Of a stretch of 64,000 nucleotides of DNA, positions 23,492 to 36,900 are shown piece by piece (within the stretch, counting starts at the first letter, position 1; each line of letters opens with the position of its first letter). The translations under genes and the position numbers were made by a program. Location of the stretch: contig NMRA01000176.1 in NCBI GenBank assembly GCA_002633005.1, forward strand, positions 628,175-692,174, in the 5' to 3' direction. Source of the stretch: Phoronis australis (taxonomy: Eukaryota > Animalia > Phoronida). The notes under the pieces were generated by a model. That model ran no database searches, was not told where the DNA came from, and saw nothing but the letters and a program-made list of their open reading frames with translations.

Positions 23492-24982
23492 GTGGACATC
23501 ATGAACAAGCTGTGGGAGTTCTACTGTTGGCTATTACCTTGAGGAGGCCAATTGTCATCCACCTTCTCGATTTTACCTTGATAGGCTCACTGCAGATTTC
23601 TCTTCAGTGAGAACTTTCTTTCTGGTCAGACACGTCGTATTGGTTTGGATGTTAAGGCACTCCCTTGAAGTCACTGGCCTTATGACGTTTACTTTGACTC
23701 GTCCAAGACTTGTTTTTACAGCTACAAGCCGACTAAGCTCGCGCCGCCAAAGTTCCAGGTTCACGATCTGTTAACGTTTAACCAATAAGATAATCGAAAC
23801 TTTCAGTGATCTCTTTCGATACCGCCGAAGAAAACGTGGTATATATAGGCACTTATGATACCGGTCTCGTGGACATTTACAGTTATGAGCTACGGACGAA
23901 AAGTTTCTTCAGAAATGTTAACGGATTCACACAGTTTTTTAGTTTTTATTACAATGTACCACGAGACCTGCAATAGCTGTTCACACCTGAGTCTATTCGT
24001 ACATGTTTCTGGTTCAAACGGATGAGCTGGAAGCTTCTAATGTGTTTTGGTCCTGGTTTTGGTAACACGAGCATATGCGTTCCGTTCTAGACCCCTATCG
24101 CTACGCGCGATTTTTCTCATGTAGACTTATACTTTCAAGCGTCTTTTTTCTGACATGTTGCTAACGATGGTTTCGCGTCAAGAATGTGTTCAGATCAGTG
24201 GCAACTCTATACTGTAACGTAGTGGTCATGAATTTTCACCCTGTAGGCATTTGATAGCTTTGGGTAAGCAAACTCTTCACAAACTGGTTATATACAGTGT
24301 TTTTATTAAAATCTGTGGACTCCACTGTCACTAGTGTTTGTCCGAAGTTAATACTGGTCTCTAGATATATCTCAAATAGACAAACGTCAGCATTTGAGGC
24401 CAATGAGTCTCGCTGCTGAACGCGGATTTAATAGATGCACGCCATGTTGGCTTAAGTTGTCAATACCCCATTTACATACGGTAAAATTTCACCAAGTTTT
24501 GACAAAAATGATCTTCAAATTTGCCATTTTCCCCTTTTCAAGCCTTTCAAGATATTCTTGTGAATATACTCCCAATTTTTCAAAATATTGCTTGATGATA
24601 ATTTTACCGGTACAAAACGTCGCTGCTACATACATGTACATGTATCTTTTATGAAACAATCAGAAAATTAAATTTTTGTCCGCCATGATATTGTGTCCTA
24701 AATTGGTGAGATCAATTATTTGATAACCTACAGGCAACGTTCGTTCTACTCCATGCTTTTGCTCAGTTGCTTTAAGTTTGTTTAAAAAGTTCATAAACTA
24801 ACGGCGCATTGCCAGATAGAGTGAGGTGTTGAACTGGATTGTGGGAAATCATGCTGCTTCACGACAGATGAAACACATCTGCAATCGCTGTGTGGCGAGA
24901 TTGGATGAACGTCCCATAAATGTGTACGCATCAACTTTCATCTTTCCGTAAAATGGCCATTGGTTCGCAGGAATCAACCCGC

Positions 24983-27900
24983 TCATTTGAATCGCATCAT
25001 AGGAAACGTGTGTGAGTCGCCGTAATTTCTCAAACGCCATCGGACCAAGAAACCAACCAACAGTGTTATCAAGACGCCAAATACACCTGACCCCACGGCA
25101 ATGCCAGCGATTGCACCTGTAAAAACACATGATACGGGTATATGCTATGCCTTTTTGCCCATCCTCATGTGCATGTTATCAAAGCAAATTGGACATTCAA
25201 GCAGATTCAGAACACTGAACTCGACGAACACGTTCTCCAGCTACATCGCGGGCTCGGTTAAATTTGAAAGCATTTGCAGTTGTTTTGAATGAGTATTATT
25301 TAGTCTTAAGTTTCGATTAGACTAACGTTAAACTCCATTTATCACGTTTTAACTAAAATGAAAAGGTTCCTTAAAGCTTTTCCAGGATATCCTGGGTCCC
25401 GTAGATCTATTCAGAAATGGAACCTTGTTCCTACCAACACCTTGAAAAACCGGGCGCGTGACATTATTATTTAGTCATATACTTTGCTGAATTCTTCACG
25501 ACTGAAAATTTACGCTTTAATTAAATCGTCGCACAATTACAACATGGCCACCCTTTTTCCAGAAATTGTCATGTTTTTGCTGTAAACTTAAATTTTAACG
25601 CGACTTCGTACTAGACCTTTCGTACTGTCAGTACACTGGAGACCGTGTCTCGATAACCATCAATACTCCGTTGTTTGAAGAAAAATCACTGAAAATCTGT
25701 CCATAAAATGTTTTAGTGTGCCAAATTTAGTGCGACATCCGCTCACCAGATAATTAATTTTTTGAAAAAATCCATGAATGTTGACAATTACCTCAACGAT
25801 AGGCAAAAGAACGAACTATGAGTAAAATGACGACCACTGCAAAGGAGTTATATTTTTTAAGACTGGAAAAACATTTCACGCATTTGAATATATTTCTTTG
25901 CATCGATCACTTGAGCATTTTTTACCTGTACTTAGTTGATGTTCAGCAGTTTGGGGAAGCCGATCGCAAGCTCTTGGGACGCCCGTGGAATCTAGAAAGA
26001 GATTTGTCAACAGGAAAAATACTGATTTCACCTTCAAGCTGTCAAGGGCATTCTTCCGTAGAAAACATTTCTAGCATTATGTGGCACCCGTTTTAAAAGG
26101 ATGCCACCTACCATATGAGTATATGTTCGGAAACCGTCCTTAAACAAACTTTGCCCAAAGTGTCACGCCCGTGAAATCAAAACAGTAAAAAATCATTGGT
26201 GCCGAAAATTACGGAAAGATTTGTCACCAGTTCCAGAGACCCAAAATGAAGGATCATGTGCTTGAAAGATAGCTATCGTGCTGCCTTTTTGGGCTCTTTT
26301 TGAAAAGTATTTCGACACTAATAAACTATATATACTTTATAGGATAAAATACTGAAAGCCTGCCATCCATTTAAATATGTACAACATTGATCAAAACACA
26401 CACAAATATAAAGTACGAAACAAAGGGTAACATATGAAAGAGCGTATATTCAAACAAAAAATACAGTAGTAACTGCTATCATGTACAGGCTTCTTTTCTT
26501 TTAAAGATGCATGGAACGCGAAAGCTCGTCAGAAATATATTTTAAACAATTCTTAACGAAAGTACAATCTTGAAACGTCAGGGTAATTCACTTTCCGCTG
26601 TGAGGAAATTTCCAGAAAATCACAAAATTCCCGATTTTTAAAACATGCGCAAGGAAAAAACTGTGGTTACCACAGAGTTTCTAATCTCCCTTCCACTTAT
26701 ATGATAAATGCGCCCATGCGCTCACAGTCATTTGCTTGAAGTCTCAGGCAAATGTACAACGTCTATGTCTTGCCTCACTAAATAGGGAGACGTGCTTTGC
26801 ATTGTGGGAGAAAAATCGACCAAGTGGCGAGTAGTTGACAGGTCTTTTTTTGAAAATTGAAATTAAAAGAAAATATTTGATATCCAAAAAAATTGAAAAT
26901 CTTCGTGAACAAACCCTAAAAATACCTGGAGAGCAAGTTGAATTATGTTTCTGTGGCAGAGAACCAATTTCAATGATGCAATTTAGTCTGTTTGTGGCGT
27001 TCCAGGCCTCTTTAAATAGCATACTTCACAAAACCTGATTTGGTTTCAAACCAAGGTTTAAACAAATGTAATGATCAATGCGATCTTGTATCAACTGATT
27101 GAATGCACTTATGGCGATCACGTGACGATTTGACTAAGCTCTGTCTGACAGTCTGTTCCAAGGCAACTTGAAAATTTCACTCACTGCCAATAGCTGTTTT
27201 CGTCGTCTGCTGTCCTGGAATCCTTGAACCTGCGATAGTATAAATTTGGTAACACTGTTTGAAAAATTGATAAGTGTAGTGTACCTAATCGGCAAGAACT
27301 CACAATGGAGTGCTTCCAGTATATACATGTAGTACACTGTTACAGTTTAGTGACGGTTTGGTAACAATTGGTTACAAACTTGGTGACACATACCAAATGT
27401 TGTGCCCCGGAGAAACAAACATTTGGTCAGATTTAATTGGTACATGTAGGTATCAAATTAGTGTTAGGAATTGGTTATAACTAAATTATTGAGTAATGAA
27501 AACATGACTCGTGTATCAAGTGTGCTATAGCACACTAACCATTGAAGTTTTTGAAACATTCTGCATTTGGAGACTTTTTTGTAACGAGTGCACGGTTTGG
27601 ACATGGGTATACGTAATTTGATAGAGAACTAGAGGGAAAAGTCCACTCTGCGGGCTCTCGACACTTAAAACCAAACGTTCTTGAAACGACCAGAAAGTGG
27701 AAATAAGGCACTTGGTCACTAATATGGGTGCGTGCTTATTGGGCGACAAGTTATCGGCCAGTTAGCAATATTTAATCTCTGGTAGCTAGTTCTCTGTATG
27801 CTCTGCAAGCAACTTCTTTCCGAAAACCTTCAGCAAATGTCTGGCGACAGACAAACTCTTCTGCATCATTGTAGACAGCAATGTGTTGTGAACCATTTTG

Positions 27901-30900
27901 TCTTCTGCAAGCTTGCTGCAGATTTCATTTTAAAAATAATTGCAGGCGGTCTGGTACATGTACATGTTGTACGTGCGCAGGCCGCTCAGTTGGGCCCATA
28001 GCACTTATTACCTGGGATCATTTTTATGATTTTTAATATACACTGTAGTTAAAATCGGGCTGAGCATTTAGAAACTTGAAACTTGACTCAATGGCCTAGC
28101 AGTGTGCCCCAGCCAGTGGAACTCGAACCCACAACTTTGAGTAAAGGAAGCGGACACTTATGACCCTAGGTCACACTGCCTCCTCTTTGCAGACTTCTTT
28201 TGGTAAGGGTTTTGTATTTTGGATTGATTGGCAGTTTTGCATTATGTCCTTTTTCGCTTTCCACACGCGTTAAGTAGCAGGGTATATTTAAATAGTAGAC
28301 ACTGGCTTCGATTTTAGCTGAGGTCCAGAAGACATCGGCAAGGTTTGCAATAAAATCATAAAAGCACATTGTTGTTTATTAGCTTTGGTGAAGATAAATA
28401 ACTTATTGAAGATGTCTGTCCCATCTAACAAGAACACCAAAAATGCATTTTTCGGTCGTATGCCGGGTCACTGTCGGATACGTACCAATTTTTTTTTGAC
28501 TGGATCACAATTTATCCGTACCAAATGGTGACCAACGTTTATTACGTACAGAATTATTTGGTGCAAGGTGCCAAAAGAAATTCGGTCACTAATAACAGAC
28601 TAACTTGGTATGTGCCAAGCATTTGGCGCGTAGTATATGATTTCGCTAGGTCTGCTTTCGGCAGCTGTGAGTCGTGCTGAAAATAATATTTACCGCCATT
28701 AGTGCCATCCGTCGTCTGCGGTCCTATCGTCGTTGAAACAACTGGGATGATAATCTCCGTCTTGTTTGGACACGGCACCTTCACTCGAACAACTTCCACC
28801 AAACTTATTGGCTTGGCTGTAATTAGCTGCGGCTGTGAAATAGCGTACATGTAAGCGTATAAGGGTTAATCAAGTCTCATTGGAACCAAAGTGCTATCAT
28901 TTACCACAGGCAAATTATGAACATGGAGTGGGAGCCAGGGTCCGTTCTCGGTATAACGCAAGATCGACTGGAGAGTGAAGAAGCTGGTCATCGTGCTTCG
29001 CATGTATGACGATTGCGCAGGCTTGTATCGCTTACCAAAATAGCAAGAAACTTACATTTCCAAAGGATCCCAGAAGTGCGTTACATACATGTGTAGTAAT
29101 TCTCTGGAGGAGAATAAGTGTAAACTACACTGACTACGGCGGGTGAAACAATCGCGGTGCTACATCAACAAAATGGCCCCTGAAGTGAATTGCCTGGAAG
29201 GTCACTATTTTTAATTACTCAAGCACAAACAGAGGTATAGTTTGCAAATTGACAGTATACTATAAGCAGGGCGACATTTTATATTACATACTCTTCCGGC
29301 GAAGGACTTGCGCTAGTCGCTGCTAGCCCCATTTAAAAGTTTACTCCCCTTCACATAAATGTTTAAACAAATCTTCACCTCTTCTGGGTTAGATGCAATA
29401 GCTATGGTGAATTTGCCGGAGTTGATGGTTTCGTTCACAGTTTTTGCTGCCTCCTGAACGCTCGGTTCCGGGAGAGGATTCGTCTCGGTGCTTATTGTGG
29501 GTGCTGCGTCAAGCAAAGTGAAAGTCACGTAGATGTCTTCCGTGTTCAGTTTATATTCAACCTGCAAAGGAAGATTGTAACACCACTGCTCTAGTCTTAT
29601 ACGGAAAGCTTGCACTTTTTATAGTAACGGTTAGTGATAAAATAAAACCACAACCTCCTTTGGGTGTAGCACAAATTGTGATGAGGCAAAAAATAGTTGG
29701 TTCTGCTCTAGGATTGTTTTGAAAATGGAATCGGTGTTGCAGTACTTTTTAGTTGCTGGCTTTTTCAAGAAAAAAAAAAGAAAATTCATCTGAAACGAAC
29801 AAAAATGATGGGGATATTTTAGTCGTCGCAAGGTAAGTCATGGCAGTTCAAATCAGGTGTTTTTTTTTAATCGGTTAGCGCAGGTCGGTCTCAGATGAGT
29901 CAGGGTAAAAAGCCAGAGCAAACTTTTTTCCGCCTGACCTTTGTATGTTTGATTAAAATATAAATGTTAACAATGAGATACAAGGATCCCACTGTAGACG
30001 ATGCTTCAGCTTATGACTTTATAAAGAGCGTCCCAAAATGTTCACGAAAGTATTCTGATTAATAAATTTCAGAACATGTGCATCTGGCACTGGCTTTTGT
30101 GTGACACAGGATGTCCCAGATAATAGTTATATCACCTAAACAGCAATCAATACACCTTCATATTTTCTCCTCTTTGGCGCATTAATATAATATGGTGGGT
30201 CCCAAGTTTGCAATTGTATAGGCCTTATTGTTGATAGCAGCCCATAAATCATTCGCTAGGGCGGAGCCACCGGTCATGCAAAGCAGTATGGGTAGTATTT
30301 TGGAGTTTACGTTAGGAATAGTTATTCGACGTTCGTGGACTCAAAACATTTCTTCGAGATCGAGGCGTACCAGTTAGCGCACAAAAATGCAAAAATTAGT
30401 TGGATGTTAATTCGATAGTCCGAAGGGCCGATATTCCGAAAAGTGACCACTCTTCGGCTCCCATATTTACCTTTTTCACACCTTTGGCAACGGATTGAAG
30501 CTTGCGATATTTGACATCGTAACGCCAGCTTGCTAACTAACTGAAAACTGACTAAAGATATTTAACTAGTCTTGTAAAAAGGCGCGAGTCATTGAAGTGC
30601 CAAAAATGTAATTCCTTTTAAGATTTTTAAAATATCACCATTTCTTACAAAATTCCACCACTGATAAGTATGACGTTTTATTTTTTACGGTCGATGCCAG
30701 AATTTAAGCGCGAATACTACATTCGAGGCTTCACGTACGTCTGTATTCGGAATCAAATGCTTGCGAAGCAGATGAGTAAAACAATCCTTGAAATTGATGT
30801 TCTGGTGCATCCCAACATCTACAAACTGTTTTTGTCTTGTGAAATGCAATGCAAAATTGTGTCATTGATTGCTCAGTACGCCGGGTGTACAGTGCGTGTG

Positions 30901-33900
30901 CACTCGTGTATATGTGCTTCCACATTAGTTTATGTCCAGAATAAGAACTTACGTTTGCTTTGGAAGTTAGAAGTGGCAAGCTTATTTTAAAACTCCGAGT
31001 CTATTGGAAATTTCCAAAAAATTGCACCACTAAAAGATCCTCTCTGAAATAGCGCCTATTCAAACATGAACCGAATTTTAGAAAGTGTTTTGTGACTTTT
31101 AAGAAATATCTGATGGTGAAATCAGGCTGTAAACTCAATCCCGTGTTTTTTACCCTACAATTTGAACTTATAGAATGAATTTCAACTTTCGCGTTTGCGA
31201 AAATGTTATATCGATTAAAAAATGTCTTTATTCAAGCCAATTGCTGTTTACTGGCAAAACATATTTTCACCATTAAAGGAATGTTATTCTAATATCTTGC
31301 ACATGGCGTTCAGCTATGCCTAGCATTCAAAAAGTCACTTGTTTACGAAAGAATGCTTTTATTTCCATCGGAGACTTTTCAGAAAAAAGCACTAGCTTTA
31401 GGCGCTCGTTCGGATGGTTCCGAAATCAAACCAGGTGTTGGTTTGAATTTATATGGAAAACTAAATATAGTACAAGACAAAAAGATCGGCTGACATTGCT
31501 TGGAAAGTGAACAATCATATAAACTCAGACAGTTTCACTAAAATCTTTTACGCTCATTTAAGAAAGGATTTTCGTATTGTGACGGAGTGCATTTTACTCT
31601 ACCACCCTATATTTACTTATTTATTACTGAAATTATGGTCAAAACCTATGGCCTGATTTGAACATAACTGTCCTTTTGGTCACTCTGGTTATAGCACAAG
31701 TACTCAGTAGTCTGCAGGTGAGTTGCTGCGAATCCCCAACGAACAGCAACGTTTTCTGCAGAAACCTTTGCGCATGTTAAAATGGTGACAATCAGCAAAG
31801 AGGTTTGGCATTAACAAACTTCCCGTGTTTTACCAGAGTCAATTGTTTTTTGCGTTAAGTTCAACGGGCATCGAAAAATAAAAAAATACCTCTAAAATCA
31901 CCAATCAAAGGAAGTTTTCAAAATTTAAGAGCGATAACACTCACGTTTATTGCATTACTTTGTGCAACGCATACGTACAAGTATCCGTATTTTCTTGAAA
32001 ACGTGTTATTGATTCACAAGGCTCAAAATTCAAAACTATGCACGTGCAGACCAAAACCAATTACTAGGCTTAAGTGCGCCATAATTTTCGTAGAAGTAAG
32101 GTGGCTTAAGGGAAGACCTAATCGTTTCCGGTTTCTGACATTCCGACGAGTACATGTACGCTCATAATCTGCATACCTGCAAATCATATATCCTGATAGG
32201 TGAAATGGCCACCGATGAGATAATAGTATTCAGTATAGCAAATCGGAGAGTCTTGATATCGACCGTGATAGGCACTCCGTTGTTGTCCATGGCTGGAAAA
32301 CATTGAGAACTACATGTAGGTAAACCCATCGACGCTGTGTCCACAAAGTTGAAACCAACAAATCAAACATTCTTAAACTGGAGAAAAAAAAATTGTTAGT
32401 TAAACCCCCATTTGACAAGTATTTCAAACGTATCAACAACTAATAATATCACTTCCACTATTTAAACGAATGACTGCCGCAGCCAACGGCGAGAAAACCA
32501 ATAAAATAACAAAATAGACATTTTTGTAGCTCTGGTCAAATTAATACGTTCATAACATCCAACAACAGCAAATGCGTTTTGGCTATGAAGCCGAATGTGT
32601 CATTTTAAATGTAACCACCGAGTGATACCTGGCAGTAAAAACTGAAGGTGCCTTAGCTGATCCGATGTTGTGTAACAATGTTGGATGTCGGAAAAATCGT
32701 AGAATATGTTAGGTTCGTCCTCCGAGTCCCAGTCGACGAAGTTAATGACGCGATTAAACTTTGGATCCATCTGGAAATAACCCGAATTTTGTTCATACGA
32801 GTCCAATGTACATGCGTCCGCAATTACGTTATGATGGTGAATCTCTACAAAATGTACGCAGATCTGGGGAAAACGGACAGAAACACAATGTTTATTTCCA
32901 CTTTAGTAAAGGACAAGCTTGACTTACAATTGGTATTGAATCAGAAGAATAATTATTTGTCGGCACTGCAAAACTTATTGTACTTCTAACAACAAACCTA
33001 TGTGGAACTATACGGAAACTAAAGTCTCTTGCTACCCTCATTTCACTACATGTATGTGGCCTGACTGGTATTTGACAATTGCTGTATTATTGTATATTCA
33101 TCATTCTGATGATACGTGGAATGAACATGAGCTTTTTATTTGTGCGGCGATTGCCCGTTTTCTACTCTTACCATGGCCAAAAATGATGTAATAAACTAAG
33201 TCTTGCATCAAATGTGACTGTGTGCGGAACCTCTCACATTCATAGATGTACTGTAAGCGTGAAAGTGAAGACAAGTGACTGCCAGAGAAAAAGTGAAAGA
33301 AGTACTTGACCCTGTTGAACAAGAACGACACTATATGAAAGAACAAAGTGGCACTTACAAAAACCTTTAATTAAACTACCCAAAGTGCTGCAAGCTCTCG
33401 AAAATTAATGTACTTACAGGCCCAGCGAATCTGTTGAGTTGAGTAATCACAACTTGAAAAGGGATTGTACTTTGCAACTGTACATAATCACTCTGAAATT
33501 ATTACAAATCGTTAATTTTGTCGCGTGTAGTTGGACGGTGTGGCTCTTAGCATAGGAAATTAGACAAACACACATACGCTATCATGTCTATGTACATGTA
33601 GGAAGAGAGTAACTCAAGTTTCAGTAGTCAATTCAAGAAACCCATAAAAATTTAAAATACTACTTTTAAATTCTTTTATATATTCACATATTTAGAATAC
33701 AACATGAGTTTCGTCAGGTATCACTAACACAATAACAGACCTTAAATTTAAGCCCTGTTCGAGTTTGCCTTATTTTACTGTTAAAGTGGAAACGTTATTC
33801 CATATAGCGGCATTTGAGTGAGTTAGTGCCTATAATTAATGCATGAGTCAGCTCTCACTCTCTACGGTGATGAACCACCAAAAATTTAAAGATAAACTAA

Positions 33901-36900
33901 AAAAACATCTTCAGTTCAGTTAAATTTGAAAATGTATGGAGTTGAGCTGAATGAGTATTCTCTGGGCTTAAGGTTTGTCTGAACTGATTTGCTTTAAATC
34001 CGTTTCATAAAGTTTTTAACTAAAATGAAACGGAAAGGGTATCTTTAAGAGCATAACACGGAAACATATAGAAGATAAAGGAAGGGCATGATTAATCACA
34101 GAAAGAGGATAGCAAAAATTACCATTTGTAAGTAATTTAAATTCCTTACTGAAGTACTAATAGAACGACTAGGCCTGCTATTACAAACATTCAAGTTGGA
34201 AATGGGACACATTCACTAGGTGGCGCTAATAAATAAAGGGTCCTCTTTTTAAAACCAGGGCACCGCTAAGTAACGTTAGGACCTTGCTAAAAGTGAGACT
34301 ACGCCAGAATACTTGAGATATTGCGTTGCATTTTAATTAACTGAGAACACGGGATTTTGGTCAGATTCTAGCGTAGGTCCTAGCGTTACTAATGTCTGCA
34401 CTCAAGAGATGAAGAGCAGAAAATAGTTCACCAGCATGGAGGCGTATGCGGGTTAACGGTACCACGTGAATACCGGAATTATCCGAATGCGTGCATATCT
34501 GCAGGCTGGGACGTTTGTCGCCAGCGCCGTCTGGTAAATTAAAGTTGAGTCTGGACATTTGGTTGGCTAATTCAAAATGCCACCGCAGCTGTAACGAGAT
34601 GAATAAAAAAAAGAGGAACGCGGTGACTTAATAAACTCGATCGTTAACACTGATTTTAGACGTCAATGTTTCTTCACATACGGTTAGGAAATACCACTCC
34701 CAAACGGTTTCTGTCTTGTCCTTGTTGTCGAAAGGCCAATCATCTCGAATCATCACAAACACGTCACATTTTGCCATACGGCAATCCCTCTGTAAAATAT
34801 ATTACAAACATCTAGCGCCTATCACGTGACCATCTATTGCCTACAATCAACATGTCGTGTATTTATTCACAACAACAGAAATCCCACGCCATGTATTTTA
34901 CTCAAGGAGGACGAACTCGTAGCTTTTCATCGAATTATTTTAGGTATAGTTTATTACGCTTTTCACAATAACATTCGACAGAATGATTAGCTGAGTTTAA
35001 GTTACCTTTTATAAGATTAAATTTCCAACAGAAGCTAGCGATCTAATGTCCTTTGCATAACGAGAAATTATCCACACAACACGAGTAGCAAAATACTGTA
35101 TAAATTAACCTATAGCAAAAATTGAAAATAACAAAATCTTCCTTACCGTTCCTACATAAGTATACGTCGTTTGATTAAGCTTCAAGAGTTCCACTACCGA
35201 AGATATTTGAATTTGCTGGACCGTATCTGGTGCAGGCTTGCTGTCGCCGAGAACTGGATTGATGGGGGCAATTTTACATTCAAATGTACTGGAATCGATT
35301 TGGTACTGCACCCCTGAAACGCAGATTGACAGAGAGTTAGGTCAGAGTCAACAAACATCCGACATACAAATACTTAGCGTTGTGAGAGCACCAAAGTGAA
35401 TTTCGTTTGGAGTGTAAGAGTAGTTGATATGAATTAGAAGACATGCATCTGCTGTCTCGAACATTTTACCACTTTGGAACCCTAATACCCGTTGCAGAGA
35501 TAATTGGACGGTGTGGAATACCATTACCTAAAATCTCCATCCCCGTCACAGTTGATGGCACTGAACGTTATCCACTGAATGATACTTTTGCTATGTTCCA
35601 CCGAAGTTGGTTTCTTTAAGTGGGCACTAAATCGGAAAATGGCTGTACACCCCTAAGTAGAATTAGAGCGACATCTATTTTCTTATGCGGAAGACTGCAG
35701 ATGACAAACATATTGTGCATAGAACTTTCTAAAACAGTTCTTAGAAATGCTAGTGTAAGAAATAATAGACAGTGCTCATTTGGTTAATCTCCTATTTGGT
35801 CCTACTATAATGTTCGAAATCACTCCCAAGAAGACAGATCACTGCGTACACTGACGTCATTAAGTAATATGCAAGTAACGCCCTCTATTGCTGGTGCCAC
35901 TGGTTTAATATCAAGCGTTTTCAAGACAGTGTATTGAAGGCAAATTATACAAAATAACATGTAATCCAAGAAACCACAGGCTGACAAAGATGCATATCAG
36001 CACGAATCTGAATGCTTGCTCAGATAAGTCGCTGGCCTAGGTCATTTACCTGTGTTGAAGTCATGGATCATGACCATTGCGCCATATTTCGATGCAGCAT
36101 CAGGATTTGTGTCCAAATCAGCAAACGTGGTTTCATATCTTGCCAAGCTGTACACTTGGTCATATTTTATCTGCAAAAAGGTAAGTATACGCAGAATGGT
36201 ATCACCAAAATGATTACTTTATGACCAATCACCAACAACTTCATGTATTTGACAAAACTACTGCAGTAAACTTTCTGGCAAAATAACAACTATGTATAAA
36301 ACGAATGCCGGAATTCGGTATATTACAACATTAGTTTCATCGTTTAAATTACAAAGCTTACGTTTTTGGCAAAGAACTCAAATGTATTACTGAATTATCA
36401 GTTTTGTTTAGTTTGTTACCATACAAAACTATAGCTACAGTGAACGTCTTGACGTTGACATTTATTATTCTTTGGAACTCCCAAAGCTGATGTTCTGTTT
36501 GCAAAACGTGCGTTGGGTTATGACGCGACAATGATGAAGTTTTCAGAGTTGAAATGAATAAAGAAGCCGCGTTACACAAGCAACTCGTGATTATGTTGAA
36601 ACACGCGCACAATCGGTTTGAATGTTTGCGTTGGTTCGCTTACTTGAAAACAGAAGTGCTAGTATGATAATAGCCGACGGCGAAATATTCTATTTTTTCA
36701 AAGTTCTTCACATTAATAGATATGTAGGTGTCATAAAGCAACATTTGATGAAGTTTTCATTATTTGTAGCAAGGTGCACGTGCAAAATAAGTGCATAATT
36801 ACCGTACCAAACCGTTAGCAAAAAACAGAACTTACGTTTGCGTGTGAGATTATGTGAGATACTGGGTTGATGATTTCCACTGACGCCGAGAAATACAAGG

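Noticed and set aside
28011-28045. Extra micro-exon of the membrane protein gene
   Set aside because: AG..GT bounded segment is 31 nt and would break the frame.
32771-32864. Longer upstream acceptor for exon 10 of the membrane protein
   Set aside because: In frame, but TATTTCCAG at 32771 is a better acceptor and the extension contains the intron-typical TACATG motif; not excluded as a minor isoform.
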